NCBI GenBank assembly: GCA_044866005.1
Contig: JBIOTN010000211.1
Coordinates: 1-42,537, forward strand
Direction of reading: 5' to 3'
Length of the DNA stretch: 42,537 bases
DNA from: Candidatus Rokuibacteriota bacterium
GTDB taxonomy: Bacteria > Methylomirabilota > Methylomirabilia > Rokubacteriales > DASRDR01
Positions 31,361 to 40,045 of this stretch are shown piece by piece (position 1 is the stretch's first letter; the number at the start of each line of letters is the position of its first letter). The position numbers and the translations under genes are program-made. Under the pieces are notes generated by a model that did not search any database, was not told where the DNA came from, and saw only the letters and a list, made by a program, of their open reading frames with translations.

Positions 31361-31516
31361 TCAGCCCCCGCGCCGCTTGGCGTGCTTGAAGAACTGGACC
31401 TGCCGCTCGCGCTTGACCGCCTCGGCCCGCGTCTTGTACGGTCCCCCGAGCTTCCGGGACCCATCCTTCGTATACAGCACGTAGCCCTTCGCCGTCTTCT
31501 TGATCATGGCCGTCAT
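31361..31516 (-). CDS. Small basic hypothetical protein (51 aa, or 48 aa from ATG 31507)
   Basis: MTAMIKKTAKGYVLYTKDGSRKLGGPYKTRAEAVKRERQVQFFKHAKRRGG; ATG overlaps ADH stop; protein-like composition with GC-ending codons. Confidence 0.75.
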   Translation of the reverse strand: MTAMIKKTAKGYVLYTKDGSRKLGGPYKTRAEAVKRERQVQFFKHAKRRGG

Positions 31517-32610
31517 CCCATCGCCAGCGAGACGCGGATGGCGCGGCCCTCGCTGGCGAAGCCGAAGGCGTCGTTGATGCGCGCGAACGGGTAGGTGTGC
31601 GAGACGATCCGCTCGAACGGATAGACGTCCCGGCGCCGGCGCAGGAAGTCGAGCGCCCGCGGCAGCGCCCAGGGCTCGTAGACGATGACGCCGCGGATCG
31701 TCTGCCCGCCCCGCACGACCGTGCCGGGATCCAGCGCCGACGGCAGGTCGGGCGTGATGTTCCCGACCCAGAAATAGCGCCCGCCGGGCCGGAGGAGCTT
31801 CACCCCCTCCTCGACCGCGTGCGGCGCGCCGACGAACTCCGCCACGACGTCGGCCCCCTGCCCGCGGGTCCGATCGCGGACGAGCCCCCGCCGCTCGGCC
31901 TCGGTCTTCTCGTCCACGTTCACGGTCACGTCGGCGCCGAACGCCCGGGCCAGCTCGAGCCGCGTCGCCAGGCGGTCGAAGACCAGGACCTGCCCGGCGC
32001 CCATGTCCTTGGCCAGCGCCGTCGCGTAGAGCCCGAGCCCGCCGGCGCCCTGGATCACGACGGTATCGCCGAGCCGCACGCCCACCCGGTCGAGGCCGTA
32101 CAGGGCCTCGGCCAGCGCGCAGTTGACGGGGGAGACGACGTCGTCCGGCAGCTCGGCCGGGACGCGGCAGACGGTCTGGCCCCGGCGCAGATAGTAGAAC
32201 TCGCCGTAGGCGCCGCGGAAGTGGGGCGGCGCGTCGGCCCCCGCGCCGAGCCAGTGCCGGTAGCGGTTCGGGCAGGCGGGCGAGCCGTCCAGGCACGCGC
32301 CGCACGCGCCGCATCGCAGGAAGTAGGCGTAGGCGATCCGATCACCCTCGCGGAGCGGCTCGCCCTGGCAGTCGTGCCGGACCTCGCGCCCGAGGCGGAA
32401 GACCTCGCCCACCATCTCGTGGCCCGAGACGACGGCCAGGTGGCGGGGGAACGGCGGCCCGTGGCCGCGCCAGATGTGGAGGTCCGAGCCGCAGATGTTC
32501 GCGCGCCGGACGCGGACCACGATGTCCTCGGGCCCGGGGTCCGGCACCGGATACTCGCGCATCTCCATCGGCTTCCCGGGCCCGGTGAAGACCGCGACGT
32601 GCCCCTTCAC
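31513..32610 (-). CDS. Zinc-binding MDR-family alcohol dehydrogenase
   Basis: ICGSDLH, SGHEMVG, CGACGAC...C structural Zn, QGAGGLG Rossmann motif. Confidence 0.93.
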   Translation of the reverse strand: MKGHVAVFTGPGKPMEMREYPVPDPGPEDIVVRVRRANICGSDLHIWRGHGPPFPRHLAVVSGHEMVGEVFRLGREVRHDCQGEPLREGDRIAYAYFLRCGACGACLDGSPACPNRYRHWLGAGADAPPHFRGAYGEFYYLRRGQTVCRVPAELPDDVVSPVNCALAEALYGLDRVGVRLGDTVVIQGAGGLGLYATALAKDMGAGQVLVFDRLATRLELARAFGADVTVNVDEKTEAERRGLVRDRTRGQGADVVAEFVGAPHAVEEGVKLLRPGGRYFWVGNITPDLPSALDPGTVVRGGQTIRGVIVYEPWALPRALDFLRRRRDVYPFERIVSHTYPFARINDAFGFASEGRAIRVSLAMG

Positions 32611-33356
32611 GGCGTCGGGACCTCGCCCTGTTGGCGAAGGACTTCCTCCATGATGGCCTCGTTCAGGTGGTCGACCAGCGCGTGCGGATCACGGGTCCCG
32701 TCGTTCCGGATCAGCTCACGCACGCGCGCGGGACGCGCCGACAGCATGATCACGGTCGTCCCGATCGCGACGGCTTCCTCGATGGAGTGCGTGACGAAGA
32801 CGATGCTCTTGCCGGTCTCCGCCCAGATCCGCTTGACCTCGGCCTGCATGATCCGGCGGTTCTGGGCGTCCAGGGCGCCGAACGGCTCGTCCATCAGCAA
32901 GAGCGCGGGTTCGATGGCGAGGGCGCGCGCGATCGCCGCGCGCTGCCGCATGCCGCCGGACACGCGGTTGGGATAGTAGCCTTCGAACCCCTGGAGCCCC
33001 ACGAACCGGAGGTAGCGCAACGCGGTCTCGCGCTGCCGGGCCGCGTCCCGGCCGAGCGCGCGGAGGACGAGGGCCACGTTGTCCTGAAGCGTCAGCCACG
33101 GGAGCAGCCGGTCTTCCTGGAACACGACGCCGACATGGAGGTCGGAGCCGCCGCCGTAGGCCACCGGCCGTCCGTCCAGCCGCACCTCGCCGGCGGTCGG
33201 GGGCTCCAGCCCGCCGATGATCCGGAGCAGCGTCGTCTTGCCGCAGCCGTTCGGGCCCAGCAGGCAGACGAACTCGCCGGCGGCCGCCTGGAAGGTCACG
33301 CCGTCCAGGACCGGGATCCGGTACCGCTTGCCGACGCCCGTGACCTCCAGCTTCAC
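32607..33356 (-). CDS. NitT/TauT-family ABC transporter ATP-binding protein
   Basis: GPNGCGKTT, VFQEDRLLPW, VSGGMRQR, LLMDEPFGALD, FVTHSIEEA. Confidence 0.95.
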   Translation of the reverse strand: MKLEVTGVGKRYRIPVLDGVTFQAAAGEFVCLLGPNGCGKTTLLRIIGGLEPPTAGEVRLDGRPVAYGGGSDLHVGVVFQEDRLLPWLTLQDNVALVLRALGRDAARQRETALRYLRFVGLQGFEGYYPNRVSGGMRQRAAIARALAIEPALLLMDEPFGALDAQNRRIMQAEVKRIWAETGKSIVFVTHSIEEAVAIGTTVIMLSARPARVRELIRNDGTRDPHALVDHLNEAIMEEVLRQQGEVPTP

Positions 33357-33360
33357 GTCC

Positions 33361-34131
33361 CTACCGCCAGCGCTCGAGCCGCCGCGTGAGCGACTCGAAG
33401 ACGAGCCTGTCGGCGACGAGCATGACGGTGATCATGACCGTGGCCCAGACGAACACCATGTCGGTCGCGAGGATCTCGCGGCTGTAGTTCATGACGTAGC
33501 CGATGCCGCTGGTGACCCCGAAGATCTCCGCGACCACGGAGACTTTCAGCGCGAGGCCGAAGCCGACCTTCATCCCGGCAACGAGGTAGGGCACCGTCGA
33601 CGGGATCACGATGGCCCGGAACTTCGTCCAGCCGGAGAGGCGATAGACCTGCCCCATCTCGAGGAGCCGCCGGTCCACGCTCTCCACGCCCTCCACGACG
33701 TTCGCCGCCACGACGGGAAGGGTGATCATGAACGTCGTGAAGATCGGCGCCAGGTCGGTCAGGCCGAACCAGATGAGGGAGACGACGATCCAGACGAACA
33801 CCGAGGTGGAATTGAGGACGGTCACGACGTCGCGCACGACCATGCGGGCCGTGCCCCAGAGGAACGCAGCGAGCCCCATGAGGACGGCCGCGGCCAGCGC
33901 GCCGCCGAAGCCGACGGCGATCCGATAGAGCGACGCCCCGGTGTGCGTCCAGAGCTCGCCCGACTGGACGATGGCGGCGAGGCCGCGCAGGACCGCGCCC
34001 GGCGGCGGCAGCACGTAGGCGCCGTACCGCCGGGCCACGAGGGCCCAGACGCCGAGGACCGCGAGGAAGAGGACGACGGTCGGGAGCCGCAGCCGCCGCC
34101 AGAGGTCCGCTGCCCGCGCTAGGTGCGCCAG
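33361..34131 (-). CDS. NitT/TauT-family ABC transporter permease
   Basis: LPPP, HTGASLYRI, GVESVDRRLLEMG, VVAEIFGVTSGIGY; start uncertain, best candidate CTG 34131 after AAGGAG. Confidence 0.9.
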   Translation of the reverse strand: MAHLARAADLWRRLRLPTVVLFLAVLGVWALVARRYGAYVLPPPGAVLRGLAAIVQSGELWTHTGASLYRIAVGFGGALAAAVLMGLAAFLWGTARMVVRDVVTVLNSTSVFVWIVVSLIWFGLTDLAPIFTTFMITLPVVAANVVEGVESVDRRLLEMGQVYRLSGWTKFRAIVIPSTVPYLVAGMKVGFGLALKVSVVAEIFGVTSGIGYVMNYSREILATDMVFVWATVMITVMLVADRLVFESLTRRLERWR

Positions 34132-35147
34132 AAGAACTCCTTCTTCACGCGCTCCGGGTTGTCCCAGATGTCGGACTTCAGGAACCCGGACTCCTTCGTG
34201 AGCTTGAGCTGCAGGACCAGGGTGTCGATCTGCTCGTCGGAGAGCCCGTGGAGCATCTGGACGGTCTGGCCGTGGGCGTATTCGATCACGTTCACGGGGA
34301 TCTTGGTGACGTCGCTGACGATCTCGACGGCGCGGCCCTTCCGGTTGTACCAGATGTCCACGGCATCCTTCTGGGCGTCGTTCAGATCCCGCGCGAACGA
34401 CGGATGCTTCTCGATGAAGGTCGGGTTCACGACGTAGCAGACGTGGACCGGGTAGCCGGTCGGACGCCCGGTGGCCTTGCGCCAGAGGTCGATCTGCTTC
34501 GCCAGGTAGACGCCGTCGCCGCGCAGCACGACCTGGTCGGAGATCGGCTGCCACGCGATGATCGCGTCCACGTCCTTCTTCGCCATCAGGCTCGCCATGT
34601 CGGGCGGCGCCTGCGCGGTGACGATCTGGGCGTCCTTCTGGACGTCGAACCCGTATCCCTTGAGCGTGAGCGTCCGGATGTCGAAGAAGGTCGAGGTGCC
34701 CACGACCGCGGCGATCTTCCGGCCCTTGAGGTCCTCCACCTTGGCGATGCCGGCGTCCTTCCGGGCGACGATCGCGCCGAGCACCGCGGTGGCGACCCCG
34801 GTCACCTTGAGCGGCACCCGGTCCTCGAACATCTTCGCCGTGAGCGCGAAGGACATGTCGATCGCGTCCACGTTGCCGGCGGCGAAGGTGTTGACCAGCC
34901 CGGCGGGGGAGCCCGGGACGACCGTGTACTCCGCCTGCCAGCCGCGCTTCCCGAGCAGGTCCTCCTTGTGGATGATCTCGCAGGCGGCCCAGCCGAGCTG
35001 GAGGTAGGCGAAGCGCACCCTGCCCTTCGCCGCCTGGGCGCGCGCGCCACGGGGGCGGACGCCGCCCGCCGCGGCCAGGACGCCGGCCGCCGCTCCTGTC
35101 GTGCGCAGGAACTGCCGCCGGGTGACCGGGATCCGCTCGTATCGCAT
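34119..35147 (-). CDS. NitT/TauT-family ABC substrate-binding protein with Tat signal
   Basis: MRYERIPVTRRQFL twin-arginine signal; IAKVEDLKGRKIA, VDAIIAWQP; GGAGG SD. Confidence 0.92.
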   Translation of the reverse strand: MRYERIPVTRRQFLRTTGAAAGVLAAAGGVRPRGARAQAAKGRVRFAYLQLGWAACEIIHKEDLLGKRGWQAEYTVVPGSPAGLVNTFAAGNVDAIDMSFALTAKMFEDRVPLKVTGVATAVLGAIVARKDAGIAKVEDLKGRKIAAVVGTSTFFDIRTLTLKGYGFDVQKDAQIVTAQAPPDMASLMAKKDVDAIIAWQPISDQVVLRGDGVYLAKQIDLWRKATGRPTGYPVHVCYVVNPTFIEKHPSFARDLNDAQKDAVDIWYNRKGRAVEIVSDVTKIPVNVIEYAHGQTVQMLHGLSDEQIDTLVLQLKLTKESGFLKSDIWDNPERVKKEFFWRT

Positions 35148-35191
35148 CACTGCCCTCCGTTCGGATGTGGTCGGTGGCCTCCGGCTCGTCG

Positions 35192-36508
35192 TCATCGCGC
35201 GCCGGTGAGCTCGCGCAGGTCGTCCACGTCCTCGAGCCGGCCCATCGCGGCGACGAGCTGGTCGGCGGCGGCCGGTCCGAGCCGGGGCGCGACGAGGTCG
35301 CGGAACTTCCGGGCGAGCTCCCGCCGGCTCTCCTCGCCGTCGGGGTCCTCCCCGAGGTCCACCGTGGCTTCCCGCGCCTCGCCGCCGCGCAGGCGCACGC
35401 GGACGCGCGCCTGCGACTCGTCGAAGGCCGCGTTCGGCGCGAGACGGACGCGCGCGGCGAGGTCCTCGATCGCGGGATCCACGACCGCCGTGTCGGCGAA
35501 GTCGGCCTCGGTGACCCGGCCCCGCCCCAGCGCCGCCGCGGCGCAGTAGGTCATGCTGAACTTGCCGGCGAGCCCGGTGCGCGGGGCGCGCTGGTCGGCG
35601 ACCTGGAGCGTCGTCGGCGAGACCTCGAGCTCGACCGCGTCGACCGACGCCGCGTCGAGCCCAGGTCGCACCGACAGCAGGGCCCGGATGGCCGCGTGGG
35701 TCGCGAAGCAGCAGGGGTAACGCTTGAAGAGCAGCTCGCTGACGGCATAGCGGCGGCCGAGGCTCTCGGCGAGCCGCGCGGGCGTCCAGGTCGGCGAGAA
35801 TCGCCGCGCCCACCCCTCGGTGTCGAGGATCGCCCCCGGCCCCGTCACCCCGCCCTCGGCGGCGAGGGCGGCGAGGAGCCCGTCGGCCGCGGCGCGCCCC
35901 ACCTGGAAAGGCTTCGCCATGCTGCCGAACGCCTCGTGGATCCCGGCCGCCTGGGTCGCCGCGAGGCCGACCGCGGTGTCGAGCCCCGCGGCGTCGAGCC
36001 CGAGGAGCCGTCCCGCCGCCGCCGCGCCGCCCAGCCGCCCCAGCGTGGCGGTGGCGTGCCAGCCCGCCCGGTAGTGCCCCGGCGCCAGGGCGCGCGCGAC
36101 GCGCGAGACGACCTCGACGCCCAGGACGAAGGCCGCCAGCAACGGCCGCCCGCCGAGCCCGCGCGTCTCCGCCACGGCGAGGAGCCCCGGCAGGAGCGGC
36201 GCCGTGAGGTGGCCCGGCAGCGCCAGCGTCACGTCGTCGTAGTCGAGCGCGTGCGCGGCCGTCCCGTTCAGGAGCGCCGCGGTCAGGGGCGCGGCGGTCC
36301 GTCCGGCGCCGAGGAGCGTCGCGGGCCCGGCTGGCTCGGCCAGGCGTTCGCGGAGGATGCGCGCCACCGGCTCCTCGGCGCCGGCGACCGTGACGCCCCA
36401 CCAGTCGAGGACCGCGACGCGGGCGCGCTCGAGCGCCGGCTTCGGCAACTCCTCGTAGCGCGTCTCGGCCACGAACTCGAGCAGGGTCGCCCCGGGCGCC
36501 CGGCTCAC
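35192..36508 (-). CDS. MmgE/PrpD family protein
   Basis: NGTAAHALDYDD, GWHAT, FKRYPCC, GKFSM. Confidence 0.92.
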   Translation of the reverse strand: MSRAPGATLLEFVAETRYEELPKPALERARVAVLDWWGVTVAGAEEPVARILRERLAEPAGPATLLGAGRTAAPLTAALLNGTAAHALDYDDVTLALPGHLTAPLLPGLLAVAETRGLGGRPLLAAFVLGVEVVSRVARALAPGHYRAGWHATATLGRLGGAAAAGRLLGLDAAGLDTAVGLAATQAAGIHEAFGSMAKPFQVGRAAADGLLAALAAEGGVTGPGAILDTEGWARRFSPTWTPARLAESLGRRYAVSELLFKRYPCCFATHAAIRALLSVRPGLDAASVDAVELEVSPTTLQVADQRAPRTGLAGKFSMTYCAAAALGRGRVTEADFADTAVVDPAIEDLAARVRLAPNAAFDESQARVRVRLRGGEAREATVDLGEDPDGEESRRELARKFRDLVAPRLGPAAADQLVAAMGRLEDVDDLRELTGAR

Positions 36509-37071
36509 GATGACGCTCCCCGGGCGAAGAACGCCTCCTGTCGCTTCCGGACCTCCGCGGGTGTGAGGTCTTCCTTGTGCGTGGCCAGGCCCCAGAAGTA
36601 GCCGAACGGGTCGATCACCTGGCCGTAGCGGTCGCCCCAGAACATGTCCGCCACGGGCGTGCGCACCCGGGCCCCGGCGTCCACGGCGCGCTTCACGGCC
36701 GCGTCCACGTCCGGGACGTAGAGGTGCAGGGGCCCCGTCGTCCCGCCGAGCGACTGGGGCGAGCGGGGGTAGGGCTCGCCCATCTCGGAATACTCGTCGG
36801 AGACGAAGATCACCGAGTCCCCGATGCGGAGCTCTGCGTGCATGATCTTGCCCTGGGGACCCGGCATGCGCATCAGCTCCTTGGCACCGAAGGCGCGCGT
36901 GTAGAAGTCGATCGCGCGGTCCGCGCCGTTGAACGTCAACTGCGGCGTGACCGTGCGGAAGCCTGCCGGGACGGCCTGCACGGTCTTCTTCGCCCGCATC
37001 GCCTTCTTGGCCTGCCGCGCGGCAGGCTTGACGCCGCGTCGCCGCGGCGGCTTCCGGACGGCCCGCTTCAT
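36505..37071 (-). CDS. VOC/glyoxalase (PhnB-like) protein with basic N-terminal extension
   Basis: AIDFYTRAFGAKE, IMHAELRIGDS, LYVPDVDA, DMFWGDRYG..DPFG; ATG overlaps upstream stop. Confidence 0.92.
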   Translation of the reverse strand: MKRAVRKPPRRRGVKPAARQAKKAMRAKKTVQAVPAGFRTVTPQLTFNGADRAIDFYTRAFGAKELMRMPGPQGKIMHAELRIGDSVIFVSDEYSEMGEPYPRSPQSLGGTTGPLHLYVPDVDAAVKRAVDAGARVRTPVADMFWGDRYGQVIDPFGYFWGLATHKEDLTPAEVRKRQEAFFARGASS

Positions 37072-38372
37072 GGTATCCCTGCCTTTCTGGCGTCCGCCGG
37101 CTCGGCGCGCCGGTCGAGGACGCGTACGGCCTTGCCCTGCGGGCGGGGGATCTCGCCGGGCGCCAGGCGCCGGATGTCGGGCGTGAGCCCGACGAGGTCC
37201 TGGACGGCGCGCCGGAGTCGGTCGTCGGCCGCCGGCTCGAAGCCCGGCTCCGTCTCCACGCACAGCACCATCCGCTCCCCCCGCGCCGGGTCGCGCTCGA
37301 GCACGATCTGGTACTCGTGGCCCAGGCCGGGCTGGCGCAGGAGGAGCTGCTCGATCTGCCGGGGATAGAAGTTCACGCCCTTGAAGATGACCATGTCGTC
37401 GGTCCGGCCGCCGAGCCGGTCCAGGCGGAGGCCGGTCCGGCCGCAGGGGCAGCGCTCCCGCGAGCGGACGCGGGTGAGGTCGCGGGTCCGGTAGCGGACG
37501 AGCGGCAGGCCCTGGCGCGTGAGCGTCGTCACGACGAGCTCGCCCACGACGCCGTCGGCCACCGGCGCGCCCGTCACCGGGTCCACGATCTCGGGCAGGT
37601 AGTGATCGTCCCAGACGTGAATGCCGTCGCGCGACGGGCAGTCGATCCCCATGCCGGGTCCGCCCGTCTCGGTCATCCCGATGAGGTCGTACGTGGGGAC
37701 GCCCAGCTCCGCCTCGATGCGGGCGCGCAGCGCGTCCGACCACATCTCGGAGCCGAGCACGGCGAGCCGGAGCCGGGTCTTCCGGAAGTCCACGCCTTCC
37801 TGGCGGGCGACCTCGATCAGGCGGAGCGGATAGGTCGCGATGCCGGCGAGGACCGTCGTGCCGAGGTCGCGGAGGAGCTGGAGCTGGAGGAGGGTCCGCC
37901 CCGCCCCGGTCGGGACCACCATCGCGCCGAGCGCTTCGGCGCCGTAGTGGAAGCCGAACCCGCCCGTGAAGAGCCCGAAGGACGGCGTGACCTGGATCAC
38001 GTCCTCGGCCGTCACGGTGGCGGCGGCGAGGGAGCGGGCCATGACCGCGGCCCACTGCCGGACGTCGGCCGCCGTGTACGGGTTGACGATCGGCGCGCCC
38101 GTCGTCCCCGAGGACATCTGGACGCGGAGCACCGGCTCGGGGCCGAAGCAGGCCAGGCGGTAGGGGTAGGCGTCGCGCAAGTGGTCCTTCGTCAGGAAGG
38201 GCAGCGCCGCGAGATCGCGGACCGTGGCGAGGTCGTGCGGGGCGAGCTTGCCGAGGTGGCGATGGTAGTCGGGGTTCTGGGCGGCGATGCGCGCGATGGT
38301 GAGGCGAAGGCGCTCGAGCTGGAGGGTCTCGAGCGCGCGACGGTCGCGGGATTCCTCAGCCGGCTGGTACAC
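37068..38372 (-). CDS. Phenylacetate--CoA ligase family protein (PaaK-like)
   Basis: LPFLTKD.LR, SSGTTG, GLFTGGFGFHYG, GELVVTTL, PLVRYRTRD, GRTDDM..FKGVN. Confidence 0.92.
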   Translation of the reverse strand: MYQPAEESRDRRALETLQLERLRLTIARIAAQNPDYHRHLGKLAPHDLATVRDLAALPFLTKDHLRDAYPYRLACFGPEPVLRVQMSSGTTGAPIVNPYTAADVRQWAAVMARSLAAATVTAEDVIQVTPSFGLFTGGFGFHYGAEALGAMVVPTGAGRTLLQLQLLRDLGTTVLAGIATYPLRLIEVARQEGVDFRKTRLRLAVLGSEMWSDALRARIEAELGVPTYDLIGMTETGGPGMGIDCPSRDGIHVWDDHYLPEIVDPVTGAPVADGVVGELVVTTLTRQGLPLVRYRTRDLTRVRSRERCPCGRTGLRLDRLGGRTDDMVIFKGVNFYPRQIEQLLLRQPGLGHEYQIVLERDPARGERMVLCVETEPGFEPAADDRLRRAVQDLVGLTPDIRRLAPGEIPRPQGKAVRVLDRRAEPADARKAGIP

Positions 38373-38427
38373 GCGGGACCCCCATGGGCCCCCTTATTCT
38401 AAGCCAGAACGACGCTCACACGCCGCG

Positions 38428-38511
38428 CCGAAGCGCTCCGGGCGCCGGCTTCGCCGGCGCACCGATCCGGGGGAGAGGCATCGGAGGGGGCCGTCGAGGC
38501 CCCCTCCGAAG
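38428..38511. repeat. Family A repeat, variant A2
   Basis: CCGAAGCGCT...GCGCCGGCTTCGCCGGCGC...ATCGGAGGGGGCCGTCGAGGCCCCCTCCGAAG; abuts SDR stop. Confidence 0.88.
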
Positions 38512-39246
38512 CTACAATCCCCAGCCGCCGCTCACGTGGATGTTCGTGCCGGTGACGTAGCGGGCCTCCTCCGAGAGGAGGAAGCGGGCGGCGGCCACGG
38601 CATCGTCCACGCTCCCCACGTAGCCCGCCGGGATGCGCGGCACCATCGCGTCGAGCTCGGCCTTCGGCGAGCTGCCGGAGTCGATGAAGCCCGGCGAGAT
38701 CGCGTTGACGGTGACGCCGTGCGGGGCGAGGACGCGGGCCAGCGAGCGGACCAGGACCAGGATCCCGGCCTTGGCGATGTAGTGCGCGGTGACGTTCGGC
38801 TGGGCGGTCAGCTGGTCCGCCGTCGCCATGCCGAAGGCGAGGATCCGCCCCCAGCGCCGCGCGATCATGCCGGGCGCCACGGCGCGGCTCAGGTAGAAGA
38901 CGGGGTGGAGGTTGTTCTCGAACATCCCGCGCCAGCCCGCCGGCGTCTCCTTGAGCAGGTCGACCCGATGATAGGGGCCGGCGCAGTTGACGAGCGCGTC
39001 GATCCGCCCCCAGACGTCTTCGACGCGGCGAACGAGCGCGTCGGCCACGTCGGGATCCGACACGTCGGCGCGCACGGCGAGCGCGCGGACGCCGGCGGCC
39101 TCGACCGCCGCCCGCGTCTCCTCCGCCGCCTGCTCGCTCGTGCGGTAGCAGAAGGCCACCGCCCAGCCGGCGCGGGCGAGGTCCAGCCCGATGGCCCGCC
39201 CGATGCCGCGCGCCCCGCCCGTGATCAGGGCGACCCGATCCGCCAT
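38512..39246 (-). CDS. Short-chain dehydrogenase/reductase, atypical active site
   Basis: TGGARGIG, ADVS, LVNCAG, VNAISPG, VTGTNIHVSGG; HYIAK instead of YxxxK. Confidence 0.9.
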   Translation of the reverse strand: MADRVALITGGARGIGRAIGLDLARAGWAVAFCYRTSEQAAEETRAAVEAAGVRALAVRADVSDPDVADALVRRVEDVWGRIDALVNCAGPYHRVDLLKETPAGWRGMFENNLHPVFYLSRAVAPGMIARRWGRILAFGMATADQLTAQPNVTAHYIAKAGILVLVRSLARVLAPHGVTVNAISPGFIDSGSSPKAELDAMVPRIPAGYVGSVDDAVAAARFLLSEEARYVTGTNIHVSGGWGL

Positions 39247-39247
39247 C

Positions 39248-39733
39248 TCAGTTCAGGCGCCCGCGAAGAGTGTGCAACGACTTTCGGGCCTCGGGATCTT
39301 CCGGCGCCGCCCGGACGGCGCCCTCGAACTCCCGGAGCGCCTCCCACCACTTGGCCTGCTTGAGGTAGATCCGCCCGAGGTTCATGTACGGGAACTGGCG
39401 CGGCTCGTAGCGGCGGGCGCGCTTGGCCTTCTCCAGCCACGGGATCGCCTCCTCCAGCCGGCTCTGCTGCATCAGGTAGACGCCGATGTCGTTGTAGGGG
39501 TTTCCGAACTCCGGGTCGATCTCGATCGCCTTCAGGCACTCGGCGGTCGCCTCCTCGAGGCGTTGCTGGAAGCTGTACGTCCAGCCGAGGAACGTGTGCG
39601 CTTCGGCGGTCGGATGTATCGCGATCGAGCGCCTGTAGGTCTCGATGGCGCGGTCGAGCTCGCCGGCCATCTGGTACCGGTAGGCTTCCTGCCAGAGCTC
39701 GGTCGCCCGCCTGAACGCCTCGGGGTTTTCCAT
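39248..39733 (-). CDS. Tetratricopeptide repeat protein (161 aa)
   Basis: Tandem helices: AEAHTFLGWTY, AIEIDPEFGNPYNDIGVYL, PYMNLGRIY. Confidence 0.88.
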   Translation of the reverse strand: MENPEAFRRATELWQEAYRYQMAGELDRAIETYRRSIAIHPTAEAHTFLGWTYSFQQRLEEATAECLKAIEIDPEFGNPYNDIGVYLMQQSRLEEAIPWLEKAKRARRYEPRQFPYMNLGRIYLKQAKWWEALREFEGAVRAAPEDPEARKSLHTLRGRLN

Positions 39734-40045
39734 GACGGCAGCACCGTGGGTCCACCGCCCATGGTACCCGAGCCGGTCCGCGGCCTGCCAGGTGATGGCA
39801 GGACTGCCGTTCCGCCCTAACGCTGCGACCGGCCGCCCTCGGGCGCTCCCAGAGAATTCCCTCCCTTCTCCCAGTGATTCCCCGCCTTCCAATTCCGGAC
39901 CTTACCCGATTGTGCTCGGCACCCCGCAGGCCATTGTAGGGATGGAGGCTTGCCACTCTTCATCCCGAGCGTGGACGACGGGTCCAAGCGAGTGGGAGGT
40001 GAGGTGACGGAAGCCGGCTAACCCATGGCACAGCGGAGCACTAGG

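Noticed and set aside
39995..40021. GGAGGT followed by 5-codon uORF (GTG ACG GAA GCC GGC TAA) in frame with the kelch gene
   Set aside because: SD-start spacing of 3 nt is too short; no other support for a leader peptide or read-through
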